From NCBI RefSeq assembly GCF_018350175.1, contig NC_058368.1, positions 135,224,001 to 135,288,000 on the forward strand: DNA of 64,000 nt. The letters are read 5' to 3'. This stretch comes from Felis catus (Eukaryota). The notes under the pieces were generated by a model that was not told where the DNA came from, made no database searches, and saw only the letters and a program-made list of their open reading frames with translations. Positions 25,216-38,404 of the stretch are shown here, one piece after another (positions within the stretch are counted from its first letter, which is position 1; every line of letters starts with the position of its first letter). Made by a program: the position numbers and the translations under genes.

Positions 25216-26694
25216 TCATATTTCTAGCACAGACCCATAGAAAATCAGGCATATTGTGTGGGACAAACAAATTCCAATTAGAGAATAGACTTCAATGTTG
25301 ACCTGATTATCCAACGTCCAGCTCTCATTTTTATGGGATGAATCCAGACAAGTAAAATAAATTCTTGGAGACAAAACGACTCTTTCTAATACGGAAAATT
25401 ACTTCCTCTTTCTCCATGAAGCCCCAGATGGTCAGGGGGAAAAAAAAAAAAAAGCCCAGTGTACTATTTTCTATTCAATTTGAACCTTAAATATCATTTC
25501 TCTAAGGATAAAATTGACTTCAAGGTGTCCATACAGTGTGTTTCTGTGTGGTCAGGAAGGGTTTTCTTCCAGGAAAACAGGAGCTCAACTTGGAAAGGAT
25601 ATAGTCAGCACAATGCAGCAGCCACCAGTAAAAATCGCGTGCTCCCAAGCAAACTATTAGGCAAAAGAGGAGTAAAGGATTTAAGCAAAACACTCACATC
25701 TCCGTGTTAGGCTGAGCTGTTATAATCTAAGTATTCATGAGAAACCATTTTAGCATTTAGAGGGTGGTGGGAGAGAAGGAACCACAGTAACCGTAATATA
25801 GTACGGGTCTGTCACATGATCTAATTACAGAAATGAAAGCAACCCAGGAATTATGTGGTCTATTCAAGCCTGCGGGGAGTACGAACAAAGAATATAATTA
25901 AACATCAAGCCTGTTGATTAAACAATTACTATTTAAAGCAGATATAGATTTAAAATTAATTTGCTGCTGCATTCTGAGGATTTGGGGACTGAGATAAACA
26001 GTGTTTGAAGTTTAATTATCCGTGTGGAAGATGAAGGGGCTCATTTCGTTTTGGTGAGCACTGCAGAGCCGTCGAGATGGTGAAAAGGCAAGGATTCGGC
26101 TCGGCGGCAAGTCTCCGGGGCTGCCAAAATATGCGATGCAAAGAAGCAAGGAGGCTCGCTCAGCCTAACCCCCCACACAGTGTGGTAATGTCAGAGGAGA
26201 GATTGGGCAACTGCAAATTAATATTTAAATGAACACTGGTTGGAAGTTTACCTGGAGGGGGAAACGCACTATCTCCAAAAGAACAGAAGAAGGCCAGCCA
26301 AAGAGTTCCAGGAGCCACGGACATGCGATGTGGGGAGTAGAGACCTTCACGCATGTTTGAGCAAATAGGACATCTACCTGCCAGCTCCTCTGAATGGAGT
26401 GATTCTTATCAGAGGCCACATGGATAGTGTCCCAGGGCAAAACTGCAGGGCTGGGGTGGGGGAGGGGGGGCAGGGTGAAAGGGTGAATTGTAGCGAAAGA
26501 CAATAAACAGAAACTAGAAAATTCAAAAGTGATAAAAGGACTGTTGAGATGCATGGACTCGTGTCAGCATTCACACACCGTGATCAAAAGGCACGGAGAC
26601 AGAATTTCCAGACCTCAGACCCAACTCCCAGGCAATCACGAGGGAGGTGTGCGCAGTGACCCGGCTGTGCTCCATGGCCCCCGGGCGGGACAGT

Positions 26695-26910
26695 GCTGCA
26701 TGGCGTGGTGGTTACGAGCATGGGTTTAGAATGGGACAAGCGGAATGTAAGGCAACTCTGCCACTTTTTCATTTTATGACCTTCACCGAGCATTTGGCTC
26801 CGAGTTCCATTTTATGACCTTCACCGAGCATTCAGCTCCCCAAATTCCATTTCATCGGTGAAAAGGCTTTCATTCTTTCCTCATTGGGTGGTTGTGAATA
26901 TTAAACATAG
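26695..26910 (+). mobile_element. MIR with internal 38-bp-period duplication
   Basis: gcatggcgtggtggttacgagcatgggttt..ctctgccactt..tgaccttc..gggtggttgtgaatattaaa. Confidence 0.7.
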
Positions 26911-26919
26911 TGGTGATTG

Positions 26920-27630
26920 CAAACCCAAGAGTGTCCCCTCCCTACCTAAAACCCCCAAAAGCACCCCCCCATGGCTTTTTGGGTGATGAGGAATCTCTTT
27001 AAGTGGCCTGCCAGGCGGCAACAGCATGTCTGTCCCCACCACTGACACCATCAGAACTTTCTTCTCCCCACTCTAGTCCCACCGGTCTTTTTTCAGTCCT
27101 CTTTTCTCTCTCCTTTGCTGTGTCTTCTGCCATAAAGCACTTTGCCTCTCCTTCTGCATCCAGTCTATCCCTTCTGCAGCTCTCACCTTGCCTTCACTTG
27201 GGTGGTGGTTAGAAGCTCGGGCTCTGAAGACAAAGCATCTGGCTCAAAACCCAACCTCTGCCCCTTAACCATCTGTGCAACTTTGCCCACCTAAGAGTCA
27301 CTTTCTTCCTGCCAAACAGGCATGAGTACCAGCGACTATCACCTACATTGTTGTGAGGGCCACAGGAGTTCATACATGTGATGGTCTCAGCACAAAGCCT
27401 GGTGTACAGGGACACCCGGAAAAGTGCTCTGGTCACAGTCCTCCAAGGCCTTGCCTTCTGTGTCACTTGTCACATTTCTGATGTATGTTTGTGTGGTTAG
27501 TCCAGGATGCCTGTCTCTGCACTAGAATGGAAGTTCCATGGAGGCAGGACTTTTGTCAATGTTTAGTCCATATAATAGATTCAGTTCTAGGATAGATGCT
27601 CATGTACTTGCTGAGGAATAAATGAATGAA
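26920..27630 (+). mobile_element. L2 3' region with nested MIR (~27200-27430)
   Basis: L2 end cactagaatggaagttccatggaggcaggact..gaataaatgaatgaa; MIR gtggttagaagctcgggctctg..aaagtgctc. Confidence 0.7.
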
Positions 27631-27744
27631 AATGCTGAGCATAGAATGTGGCCCAGAGTGGGGTCTCAATAAATACTAGCTTTCAAATAATAACCCACTG
27701 ATAATGCCAGTTGATAAATTAAAAAAATTAATATTCACTTTGCC

Positions 27745-27950
27745 CAGTGGTTCTTGCCTGGGAATATTTGTGCCCCCCCAGGGACATTTGGCAATGTCTG
27801 GACAGGGCAGGGTTGTGGAGAGTGCTGCTGGCATCCAGTGGGTAGAGGCCAGGGAGGTTTACTAAACATCCTACAATGCACAAGACTGCCTTCCCACAAG
27901 ACAGAACTATCCAGCACAAAATGTCAATGGTCCGTAGGTTGAGAAACCCT
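27745..27950 (+). mobile_element. MER20 hAT-Charlie
   Basis: gggacatttggcaatgtctgga..tggcatccagtgggtagaggccaggga..ggttgagaaaccct. Confidence 0.92.
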
Positions 27951-28639
27951 AAACTTCACCTTCTGTCTTTTTTTCCCTGATTGTTTAATTCACCAGTTGA
28001 GTCAGAACAGGCAAATACAGGTTAAGGAAATGATTCTTGCCTTTCATCCTGTCCACTCCTGTAGATACAAGGCCATCATTGCCCCTCCCTCTGGTCCCCC
28101 AAACTCTATTGGCCTAACTGGACAGTCTCATTTCTCCTCACCCTTGTGCCAGGGGTGAAGCTGAAATGTGGGAATGTGGGTGAGGCTGAAGAAAAGTACA
28201 CACTGCAAGCCATCGCCCATCTTGTTCCATCTGCTGGGTCATACATTATTCCTATGTTCAGCAGAGCTTTGACAGAAGCCAAATGTGAGCACCACGACTT
28301 GGCTTTCAGGACAGAGCTCTGCTTTGAATATCATGCTTCAAAAAGCTCATGTAACCAAAAAAACAGGGCAGGGGCCAACATGTCTAATGCAGAGCGATGC
28401 AAGAGAATTTGCTCCAACAATAACACTGTGCTCAAAAATTATCAGATGTAAAGTCACAGGGATGAATTATAGGATCTGAGAAAAAAGTGAGATAATGAAA
28501 CAATTTTTTTCTGAACTGGCAACCCAGATAATGTCAAGTGCACCAACACACACAGATGCTAGAGGTTAATATAAACTTTAAAACTTAATAATCAGTTGCA
28601 TAAAATTGCAGGCTCACAACGGTTAAGAGTAGGTCAAAG

Positions 28640-29555
28640 GGAAATTAGAAGCGTTGGCGAGGATACAGAGAAATTGAACGCTGTGCACACTGTTGGCCAC
28701 AAGGCACAACGGTTCAGTCACTGTGCAAAATAGTTTAGCAGTTCCCCAAAACGTGACACATAAACTCACCATGTAACCCAGCAATTATGTTAACACCAGT
28801 ATAACCTAAATATATACCCCCCCCCAATTAAAAACAGATAATAAGAGCACGTAGATACATATTCACCAGAGCTAAAATGTGGAAGTGGCCCAAATACTCA
28901 TCAATAGATGAAAAGATTAACCAACTGTGGTATATCCAATACAATGGACTATTATTCAACCATGAAAAGGAAAAAAGTATGGACATGGGCTGCAGCATGA
29001 ATGAAACTCTAAAAACAGTATGCTAAGTGAAAGAAGGTCGCATAACATAACTCCACTTATACAAAATATTCAGAATAGATAAACCCAGAGAGACAAAATG
29101 TGGGCAAGTTGTTGTCAGGGGCTGTGGGAAAGGCAAAATGCAGAGACATGCAGAAAAACTGCTTAACAGGTAAGAAGTTTTACCCAATAATACAGATTAT
29201 CATCTCATTTAAATTAAGGTGGAAATGTTTTAGAGTTAGAGAGATGTACAACACTGTAAGTGTACCAAATGCTACTGAACTGTTCATTTTATTTCTTGAT
29301 TGATTGACTTACTTTTTATTTTCTTGAGAGGAATAGTGTGCACACATGCAAAAAGTCAGGGAGGGGCAGAGGGAGAGAATCTTAAGCAAATGTCGCATCC
29401 AGCATGGAGTCCAACACGGGGCTTGATCTCACAACTCTGCAATCATGACCCGAGCCAAAATCAAGAGCCAGACACTTAACCGACTGAGCCACCCCAGTAT
29501 CCCTAAACTGTTCACTTTAAAACACTTGATCTTATGTCCCATCTCAATAAATTAC
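28640..29555 (+). mobile_element. Old L1 (L1MB-like) 3' end, interrupted by SINEC
   Basis: agcgttggcgaggatacagagaaattg..tgctaagtgaaagaag..tgctactgaactgttca..atctcaataaa. Confidence 0.85.
29292..29503 (-). mobile_element. SINEC (older)
   Basis: Reverse copy; TSD aactgttcaYttta at 29278-29291 and 29506-29519. Confidence 0.92.
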
Positions 29556-31200
29556 TTTTTACAGCATGCCAAAATCACATAAAATTAACAAACACTGAAA
29601 GAGAGAATACCTCAAAATGGGAACGGATGCAGTAGCCTGAGGGTTTTAAGTGATCCATTTTTGCAGTCTTTTTAAAGTTTACATGATCAGTTATAAAGAC
29701 TCTGGAAAACACATAAAAGTACTAAAAAGAACAGAGAAGGCACTATCAATAATATTCCTAGTTTTTCAAAATGTTCATTAATGTCAGCGCTAAACTACCT
29801 TTGCAATTAAAAAACAAAGAAAAAAACCAAGACCCTGTATATTAAGGTAAACCCCACAGTTGAACACTTGCTTCTCCCAAAGCTTTTACTGTAAGCTTGC
29901 TTCTCTCTATGGGCAGAGGTGCAGCAGAGGGACTAACTATTGCCAAGGAAGCATGTAAGTCTGTGACTTTTTAGCTAAGACCTCTCTTCTATTCTTTCAT
30001 CCATCCCAGACCAGTGTGCCTGACTTTCATCAGGCTTGTAAACACAGGTCTCCATGGGACAGAGTTAGACAAGACCTTCCCCTCCATGAATGTGCCATTC
30101 ACCCTCCATGAAAGAGACCAGAATTTCTACTCCTCTCACCTGCATAGTTTCTTCCCCACCCACCAGAAGAGTTCTTCATTAATTATTAAACTATTAAGCT
30201 GTGGGAATAGGGAGGTGGGGGGGGGAGTGGTTAATACCCTTGACTTCATTAGAAAAATCATTATTTCCAAAAGATGCGCAAGTGATGATGTCTCATCTCC
30301 CATTCTTCTAGGCTTTTTTGAGCATGAACATGAATAACATGAAAAGAAACAAAAAACAGGAGCAGAAGTTTGGGGCTTGGCTCAGTGCAGAATGGATGTT
30401 ACCGGTGAATCAGTCACTATCAAGGGCCCATGTTGTAACCAGCACTGGGGTGGTAGTGTCTCTAAAAAAAGACTCGAGAGCTCCATCCTGATTCACAGAT
30501 CCAGACGTTCTGGTTTTGAATATTCACTCTTACCTTAACCATCAGTGGCCTCTCTCCCAATCCAATTTTATCACCGCAACTTTAATTTCACTATCTCCCC
30601 TCTTCTTTCAACGGTTGCTCCTCCTGCTCTCCCGTCAAGACTGCCCTAAGCCAGCCACCTTTTCCGGATAGAAAAAAAAAAAAAAAGCTCATAAAGATGT
30701 GTAAATATCCTAAAGAGATTTCCTCCCAAAAGAAACTGGTAGGTCCAACAGAGCACCCCCCAAATGGTAAAGGAAATAAAAATAGGTAACTGTCAGAATC
30801 GTCACTGTTGAGAACAAGGGGAAGCGGATTTTCCCAGTGTAGCATTGCCTCCCTGGCACAAGCAGTCTATCCCATAGATGATGGATGGTGCTGATTCCTC
30901 TCCGTTTCCATCTCCATGCAAGGAACTTAGCATTAATAGTTTCCCCAAAACAGCTGCTTAAGGAAACATGACCACAGGCAGTTAGAGAGAAGAAGCCTAG
31001 CCAGCTGGCCTTGCCTCTGCTTCTTGCTGTGCGTGATGTACAGACACAGAACCCGCAGCAGGGTCCCACGGAGTCACACAATCAAGAAAATAAGAGGACA
31101 GACAGCTATTTAGTCGATCTCTCAATGTTTTCTTGCTCTGTTTTGTCATGACATACGGACATGAGATCTCAATAGAAGCCTTAAAAATAAGTGAATTGCT

Positions 31201-31427
31201 GGGGCGCCTGGGTGGCTCATTCGGTTGAGCATCCGACTTCGGCTCAGGTCACGATCTCGCGGTCCGTGAGTTCGAGCCCCGCGTCGGCTCTGGGCTGATG
31301 GCTCAGAGCCTGGAGCCTGTTTCTGATTCTGTGTCTCCCTCTCTCTCTGCCCCTCCCCCGTTCATGCTCTGTCTCTCTCTGTCTCAAAAATAAATAAAAA
31401 CGTTAAAAAAAAAAACTAAAAAAAAAA
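31201..31427 (+). mobile_element. Young feline SINEC
   Basis: Long A tail; 17-bp TSD aaaaataagtgaattgc at 31183-31199 and 31428-31444 at a TT/AAAA site. Confidence 0.98.
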
Positions 31428-34284
31428 AAAAATAAGTGAATTGCGCTTATCTTATGCCAAGCAAAACACTTCAGGGTTTTCTTAAATTTTATGGTTTATG
31501 TCTCAAGCCAAAACTTGCCCTGGTCAAGACTTGGAACCTAGTTGCCTAGAATGAGGCCTAATTGTACTCTGGGCTTTACAGAACTGGCTATGGGGCCCAA
31601 GTGAAAACTCTGTAGAGAGGGAGTGTCAGATCTTCAAAAAGGTACATTTCCATATAAACCAAAGACACGGCCAGATGTGAGGTTGCTCATACTCTGAGCT
31701 CTGAGAAAACAGAAAAGTCAGGATGCTGTCATGAGCAATTTGGTATCACTGAATTTCTCCTGGAACACTCTATCCTGCCTGTAAATATTACCACATCCCA
31801 TTCTAGGTGGCTTCTGGAATAAGACGAGTAATTGGTCAGGATTTATTCAGGCCAGCATCGGGAAGCAGGCACGCTCCACACAGTTTTAACTCTGTCTCAC
31901 CCCTAGTCTTCCAGCCTAAACACCTGCACAGCACAATAGGATGCTTTAAGACAGCATCACAGGATTGGACAATGGCTGGCAGCAATCACCTCCCAAACTT
32001 GCCAGACTTGGGTATTTTTTTTTTTTTTTTTTTTTTTAGGGCTGAAAGAATCTAATGGCTATGAATACTTCATTTAGTGCTTTTTTTTTTTTTTCCTAAT
32101 GCATTGCAAGAAGTTCACTCTTCAGCGCTGGCTTCTGCCAAGGATCCCATCTCAACCTTCCATCCCACTTCTGGAGGAATTTCATCCAAATCTTTCATTA
32201 AGACTTTTCCACATGCTCTGTGTTTGCAGAGAACTTTGCGGTAACTTAGTACCCCTCGTACTCTATCAACCCTTACTTTGCAGAGGGAGACCCTTCAGAC
32301 TCTAGGGAGCTTTACAGCTAGTTGCCAAGACTGTTTTGAAGTTTTAAATGAAGGAGAAGTCTAGACTGCCAGACCTCCACCCCAGGACCCACCCCACACA
32401 GACATAGAAGGGGCCCCTGAGGACCAGTGACGGATTGTCTCCCCTTTTGGCTGGGGTTAGTTCTTGAGTTTCTCCTTAGAGTTACTCCTTGGAAGGCTTT
32501 CTTATACAGGTAAAGTCCAATACTGCAGTGTTTTAAGGTCCTGCTGATCAGGAGGAAGTAGCATATATATTGGCTACTATGTTGATAAATGTGCATGTAT
32601 CTGGACAACCTGACATCACCCACAAAGAGAACAAGACCCAGGTCAAGTAACTTTGAAGAACCAAGCTAAAAAGGAAAGGAGACGGGGTGGTCTAGAACTG
32701 GCATACGCGAAATGGAATAAAGGGGTAGTGACAGGGTGGGAGGAAGGGGATGAGGGCACTAGACACTTGGCTGGCTTGAAATGGAGCAGAAGGAGCAGAG
32801 AAAACGAAAACCAGACTTGGCCGAATTGACAAATCTGCCAGGGGCCAGCACTGCCTTTACCTGAACACGGGGAGGAGACATCAGCAGCAGGGTCCCGTGA
32901 CTGGTGGGAAGGTAATGTCTTTGACACCCTGCCCTCATTAGCAACACTCCTAAGGGAACAGTAAGCTCCCAATGAGTTATAAGGATTAGGTTGAACGTTA
33001 GCAGCAGAACAAGATCAGGGGAAAGATGGAGGAAAGGGTCAGAGTTCCCCAGGTTGGGAGAAGTAGGGAGGGTCAGGTTTCCCATCGGGCAACCATGCCT
33101 GGGCCCATCTCCGGCGGAGGGGGGTGTGCCGGCACAGTTCAGGCTGTGGCCAAGCCCCTGTAAGTGTCTCCCCCAATCCATCTGGGACCTCTGATCTTCC
33201 AGGGAAAGAGCATGGGAGGAAAAGTTGGCAACATGAGATGGCCCTATCCTGTCTCTGGTGTAAGAAATGTGTTCACCAATCTCACGACACCTCTTCCCAT
33301 TTCTCATTCTTTCTACCCACATCTCCTCTAAACTCCTTGTAGGACTCCCAAGGCGAAACAGTTAAACATATGGTTTACTTCTCTAATAAAATATAACTGT
33401 CAAGTGGTACCTTGATAAATCTTACCTAAAAAATAATAAAATTAAAAAAGAGTCTAAGGATTCAAAGCTGTCTATGAACAAACATTCCTCACATTTTAGC
33501 TTTACAGCTTCCCATGGTTTCCCTTTTACTTCCTGGGATACCAAACCTTCATGCTGCATCTGGCTGCTTTAGCTTCTATCAGGGTGCACCCTCAAGGAAC
33601 AGGGTCTACAGCTCTTGACCTTTTCTGACAACTTCTCCTGATAATCTGTCTTAGCATCAAAACTTACCTGTCCTCTCCTCCGTTCCCTGAGGGCTTTGCT
33701 CAGGGCTGTCTACTCTGATAAACTAATCCATGCCAAGAGGAAACAGTTGACTTGCAGTGTGCTGAGATGATCCAATGAGAGAAACCAATATATACAGGTG
33801 ATGCATCCATATGATTATCACAAACAAATTATTATAAATGCATCAGGCCTCAGAGGGAACAAACCAACATTTTTATAGAGGCTGTGAGAACTTTCATCGA
33901 AGTGAATGGTTCTGTTTGGGGGGTGTGGTGGGGGGGGGTACTTCAGGCCACAGGGTAGGTTGGTAGGGGAGAGGGGAAGAAAGAGAGAGAGACACAGCAG
34001 CTTTTGGCTCTCCTCCACTCACATTTCACAAACCAGCTGCCCACTCCTGTGCTAGGCGCCCATCCTAAGTTTAGGCCACGTTTTGCTTCATTCACTTGAG
34101 CCTGGAGAAAACTTCATTTGCTCTGTAGTTAATCAACTGTTTGAGGGACACCAGAACAATAATGTACAGTTAGTTCCCAGCTATAGCAAATAACATGCCT
34201 TCGGGCCAAAGATCTAATAAAATCTTCTGCAGTTGGCAAAGAACCATTATCTGGGGACTCGTTCCCCCAGACAGGGACAGGATT

Positions 34285-34540
34285 GCTTTCATTCTGTCAC
34301 CTTGCAGCTCTGTGACATGGGACAAGTCGTTCAGCCTCTCTGAGCCTCAGGCACTCAACGTATAGAATGGGGATAAACGCACCTATCTCCTCAGGTTGTG
34401 AGGAGACTTAACAATTTAAAATTGTTATATCATATTTAATGATATAAATTTAACAATTTAACAACTTAATAGTTATATCCTATCTGCCAACCGATAACGT
34501 AAGGCTTGTTAGAGAGTAAATAAGTGAAAATAGTAGCAAC
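34285..34540 (+). mobile_element. MIR
   Basis: agctctgtgacatgggacaagtcgttcagcctctctgagcctcag..aatggggataa..ggttgtgagga. Confidence 0.8.
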
Positions 34541-36329
34541 CACAGCAACTATTCCCAGGCACTTTGAGAGTGGAAATACCCAGCTTTCAAAAGGTACTCA
34601 AGGTAGCTGTGTAACACACTTATTAGTCAAGAGATGTAGAAACCATTTGGGTTTGAGAATTTCACATCGCCCTTTGAGAGAGCTGGCAACCCCATGAAGT
34701 GTCTCAATCTCAAGGGCAGGAATTTCTGCCCTAGAGATAGATACTACCTGTCTCTGGCAACTTGGGAGACAGAACATAGGGCCTGCCCACTGCTGTGAGA
34801 CTTCTCCCTCCAACCAAGGCAAGGGCATACCCACTCCCTGTCCTTCTCCTGACCTCACCCTTTTCCACCCACCCACTCACCGCTCCCCTCCCGGCTGTGA
34901 GAGCCTGCGAGAGCCTGCCTAATCTCAACTCAGGGAGTGCTCGTTGCTCTTAAAATGCCTTGCCCAGCTTAATCAGTAACCACCAGCCCTCCGCTGCCAG
35001 TTAGTCTCCTGCCCTGACATGAGGCCCTTCTCGTGCCAGCCAGCAGATGTGACTTTTTGAGGAGGATTCAATTCCCAGCCTTCACCCTCCTGCCAATGAC
35101 AGCCTCCCTCTCTGAAGGTTACCTGTCACCGGCATTCTTGCTCATGAATGCAAAGTAAAGTGGGTGCTTGCCCTGACCTTGAAGAAGCACATCATTCTGT
35201 ATACGATTCCTAAAAAAGAACATTTGCCATTTGCCGCGTTCTTGTGTCAGGACTGAGAAAAGGAAGCCCCACATGGCAGGATACCCTCTCAGGTTCAGGG
35301 ATGTGTCTTGTGAATGGCACTTGTCAACTGAACCTTGCAGTGATATTCAGTAGGCATGATGTGGAGAAAATGTTAATGAAATCCCGCTGAACTGCAGGAA
35401 CACATTTGAATAGAATCAGAGTCATATGTGGGATTCTTTTCTCATATACTAAGCCTTCTCTGCATATATTAACCTTTTGCCAGCTTTTAAAAAGCACCAA
35501 ACTAAGATGATTCACTCATTCAATCATTCTTGGTTTTGTTTGTTTGTTTGATAAATCTGACATGTTGCATTCAATCATTCTTCAAACATTTATTGAGTAC
35601 CCATTATGTACCTAGCACTAGAATAAAAAAAAACTGAATGAGGGATAGAAGATTATAGGCAAATACACTGTTATTCAACATTTTACGTGAAGAATCTAAC
35701 TTCTCAGTTTGTTAAAAACAAAGCAAAGAGACTATAAGCATTTCTGGACATTGCCTCATTTGGAAATAGACAAAGAGAAAGGAGGGGCTCTTAGAAAGAA
35801 CAAATAGAGTATTAAGTTGGCGTGGGCATGCTGCGGACTTGTGAACATTTTTCAAAAGAGAAAAAGCACGTTTGGTTATGGGAAAGAGATGAGCAGCAGC
35901 CAGGATGGGTAGGATGGTCTTAGGCAGTCTTTCAGAAGGGGAGTGCCCAGACTTGCACTTGTTTGTGAAATAGTCTTTCAGGCAAAAAGGACCTGCGATG
36001 GCCAAGCTGGGCCAGCCCACCTTGTCCATTCTCTGCCCTATTCCCTGACACCATTGATAGTGAACTCTGGCTGAGCCATGCTCTGCCGATAGCTGTGCGA
36101 GCCACCATTTAGCAGAAGCTTCTTGATGTAGAGCTTTTAGACAATTCAAGGACCCAGTCTGTCATCATCATCGAGAGTGCATGTTTCCATTGCTGAGTCA
36201 AAAGAGCTAAATTGGAGCTGGACCAGAAACAAATGGTGAGTCAAATGAAAGGCTGTAGCTGCAGAGCAAACCTCCTGCTGCTAAGATAGCCTGGGCATGG
36301 TGCAAAGTAACCTTTACAAAAGTTAAGTC

Positions 36330-37680
36330 TCATTCATTCATGCAACAAACCTTTATGGAACATCTCCCAAGTATGAGAACTGTCCTAGGTGCTGGGGACA
36401 GAGCAGTGAACCAGACAGACAAAGCCCTACCCTCATAAATCTTATATTGTAATGGAGAGAGACAATACATGAACAGTGAAATTTAAATTATGACTGAGGT
36501 GAATAAAAAAAAATCCAAAGATGAGCTACAGAGTAACTTACTGTAGGTCCTTGTATCGGTCCAGACTTTATTGCAAACAACAGAATCCAATGTAGCTAGT
36601 TTAAACAGAAAAGGATTCTATGGAGGGAATTCAGGGACTTATTGTTAAAAGGGCTGGAGGAGCCGGCTCTAGACTGACCTCTCAAGAACAATGCCCAGCG
36701 TCTGCACAATCTGTTGGAAGAAGCTGTTGTATTAGGAAGGTGTTACGTCCCTGCTGACTGCAGAACCATTCCAGCCCCCGATGAATTAAAGTAGCTGTTG
36801 CCGCTGTGGCAGAGCCACTGAATCAGGTAGTGCCTCTGGCTGCTTCATGTCACAGCCATAGCTGGAACTACTTTCTCCAGAACCACAGCACTCCAGCCGC
36901 AATCCAGGCCAGCAAAATGATGCTCAGCCCCACCAAAATGGAGACCCCGTGGACCACAAAATGGATGCCCTGCATTCTGTTCATGGAAACTAAATCATTT
37001 CTAGGATCCAAGCTCCCAGAAGGCCTGGGAAATGTGAATTTTAGTTCTGTACTCTCAGCAAAGGGGAAGGGAGTTTGAAGGGATGTTAACCTACCCATTC
37101 CATAGTAACTATCACACCCGTATGGGAGGGTCATCAGGGAATGCCTCTGAGAGAGGTGACATTTAAACTAAGATCAGGTGAAGAAGTGAAGAAGAAACTT
37201 TTCGAGCACAGGAAAGAAACAAAGGTAACAACTGCAGGGATAGTGATTACAGGCAATAGAGAACTTGAAGTAGCTGGCAGAAGGTAGATCGAGGAGGGTT
37301 TAGGAGATCGTACTTAGGAGTTGGATTTTATTCAGAGTACTAGAAAACCATAGGCAGTTTTATGAAGGGGATTGGTATAGTCTGATTTGCATTTTTAAAA
37401 GAAAATTCTGGCCTCAAGGTGAAGAATACATTATGGACAAGCAAGGGTTGGGCCAACGTTTGTCAAGGAGACAAGACTGAAAATTCTTGAGGATCAGAGT
37501 GGCAGTGACTTGGGATAGAATGTTGACTACAGAGGTGAAGTTTTGTACCCACCAGATTTCAGAATGAATTAGATGAGATGAATAACAAAAGGGAACCATT
37601 AAGGATTGCTTCTGTGTGTCTAATCTAAACAGAAGGTGGATGATATTCCATTTCCTGGAATGAAGACCAATGGGGAGAAA
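36330..37680 (-). mobile_element. L2 3' region interrupted by an MLT1 LTR
   Basis: cattcattcatgcaacaaac..ctaggtgctggggacagagcagtgaac..; resumes at tcagggaatgcctctgagagaggtgacatttaaact. Confidence 0.75.
36552..37116 (-). mobile_element. MLT1-type (MaLR) LTR
   Basis: tgtatcggtccagactttattgcaaacaacagaa..ctagtttaaacagaaaagg is a typical reversed old MLT1 3' end. Confidence 0.65.
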
Positions 37681-37910
37681 ATGTCTACAACTCACCCCTT
37701 TTTTTCCTAACAGCCCAGCTGACTGCACCTGCCTGTTTATTAACCACAGAAAAGAGAAAATCAACCAACTCACCAAGTCTTTGATGTTAAAAAAAAAAAA
37801 ATCAGTCACATAGACAAGTTGGAAGTAGACACAACTAGAAAGCATCATATTTTGTTCTCCCAAGTAGCCATTAATTTTTTTTAGTTTTTTTTTTTTTAGT
37901 GTTTATTTTT

Positions 37911-38128
37911 GGGGCGCCTGGGTGGCTCAGTCAGTTAAGCGGCCGACTTCAGCTCAGGTCATGATCTCGCGGTCCGTGAGTTCGAGCCCCGCATCAGGCT
38001 CCGAGCTGACAGCTCAGAGCCTGGAGCCTGTTTCAGATTCTGTGTCTCCTTCTCTCTGACCCTCCCCTGTTCATGCTCTGTCTCTCTCTGTCTCAAAAAT
38101 AAATAAACGTTAAAAAAAATTTTTTTAA
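37911..38128 (+). mobile_element. SINEC inserted into the tail of an opposite-strand SINEC
   Basis: TSD ttagtgtttattttt at 37896-37910 and 38129-38143. Confidence 0.96.
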
Positions 38129-38334
38129 TTAGTGTTTATTTTTGACAAAGAGAGACAGAGACAGAGCGTGAGCAGGGGAGGGAGAGAGACACACACACAC
38201 AGAGAATCCTGAAGCAGACTCCAGGCTCCTAGCTGTCAGCCCAGAGCCCGACACGGGGCTCAAACTCACTGACCATGAGATCATGACCTGAGCCGAAGTC
38301 AGACGCTCAACCAACTAAGCCACCCAGACGCCCC
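38129..38334 (-). mobile_element. SINEC
   Basis: Reverse copy ending cacccagacgcccc; its poly(T) tail continues at ~37872-37910. Confidence 0.95.
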
Positions 38335-38404
38335 TTTTTTCTTTTTTTAATTTTTTTTTTTAGTGTTAATTTTTTTTAAATAGTTGTTCGGGGGGGGGCA
38401 TTTT

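Noticed and set aside
26770..26855. Repeat-spacer-repeat pattern as CRISPR-like
   Set aside because: Only two copies, inside a mammalian MIR, with no cas genes; it is a simple local duplication.
32861..32949. Minus-strand exon-like segment (ttcccttag...cag/gtaaag) within the 187-aa ORF
   Set aside because: Translations resemble no protein family I know, and no partner exons could be supported.
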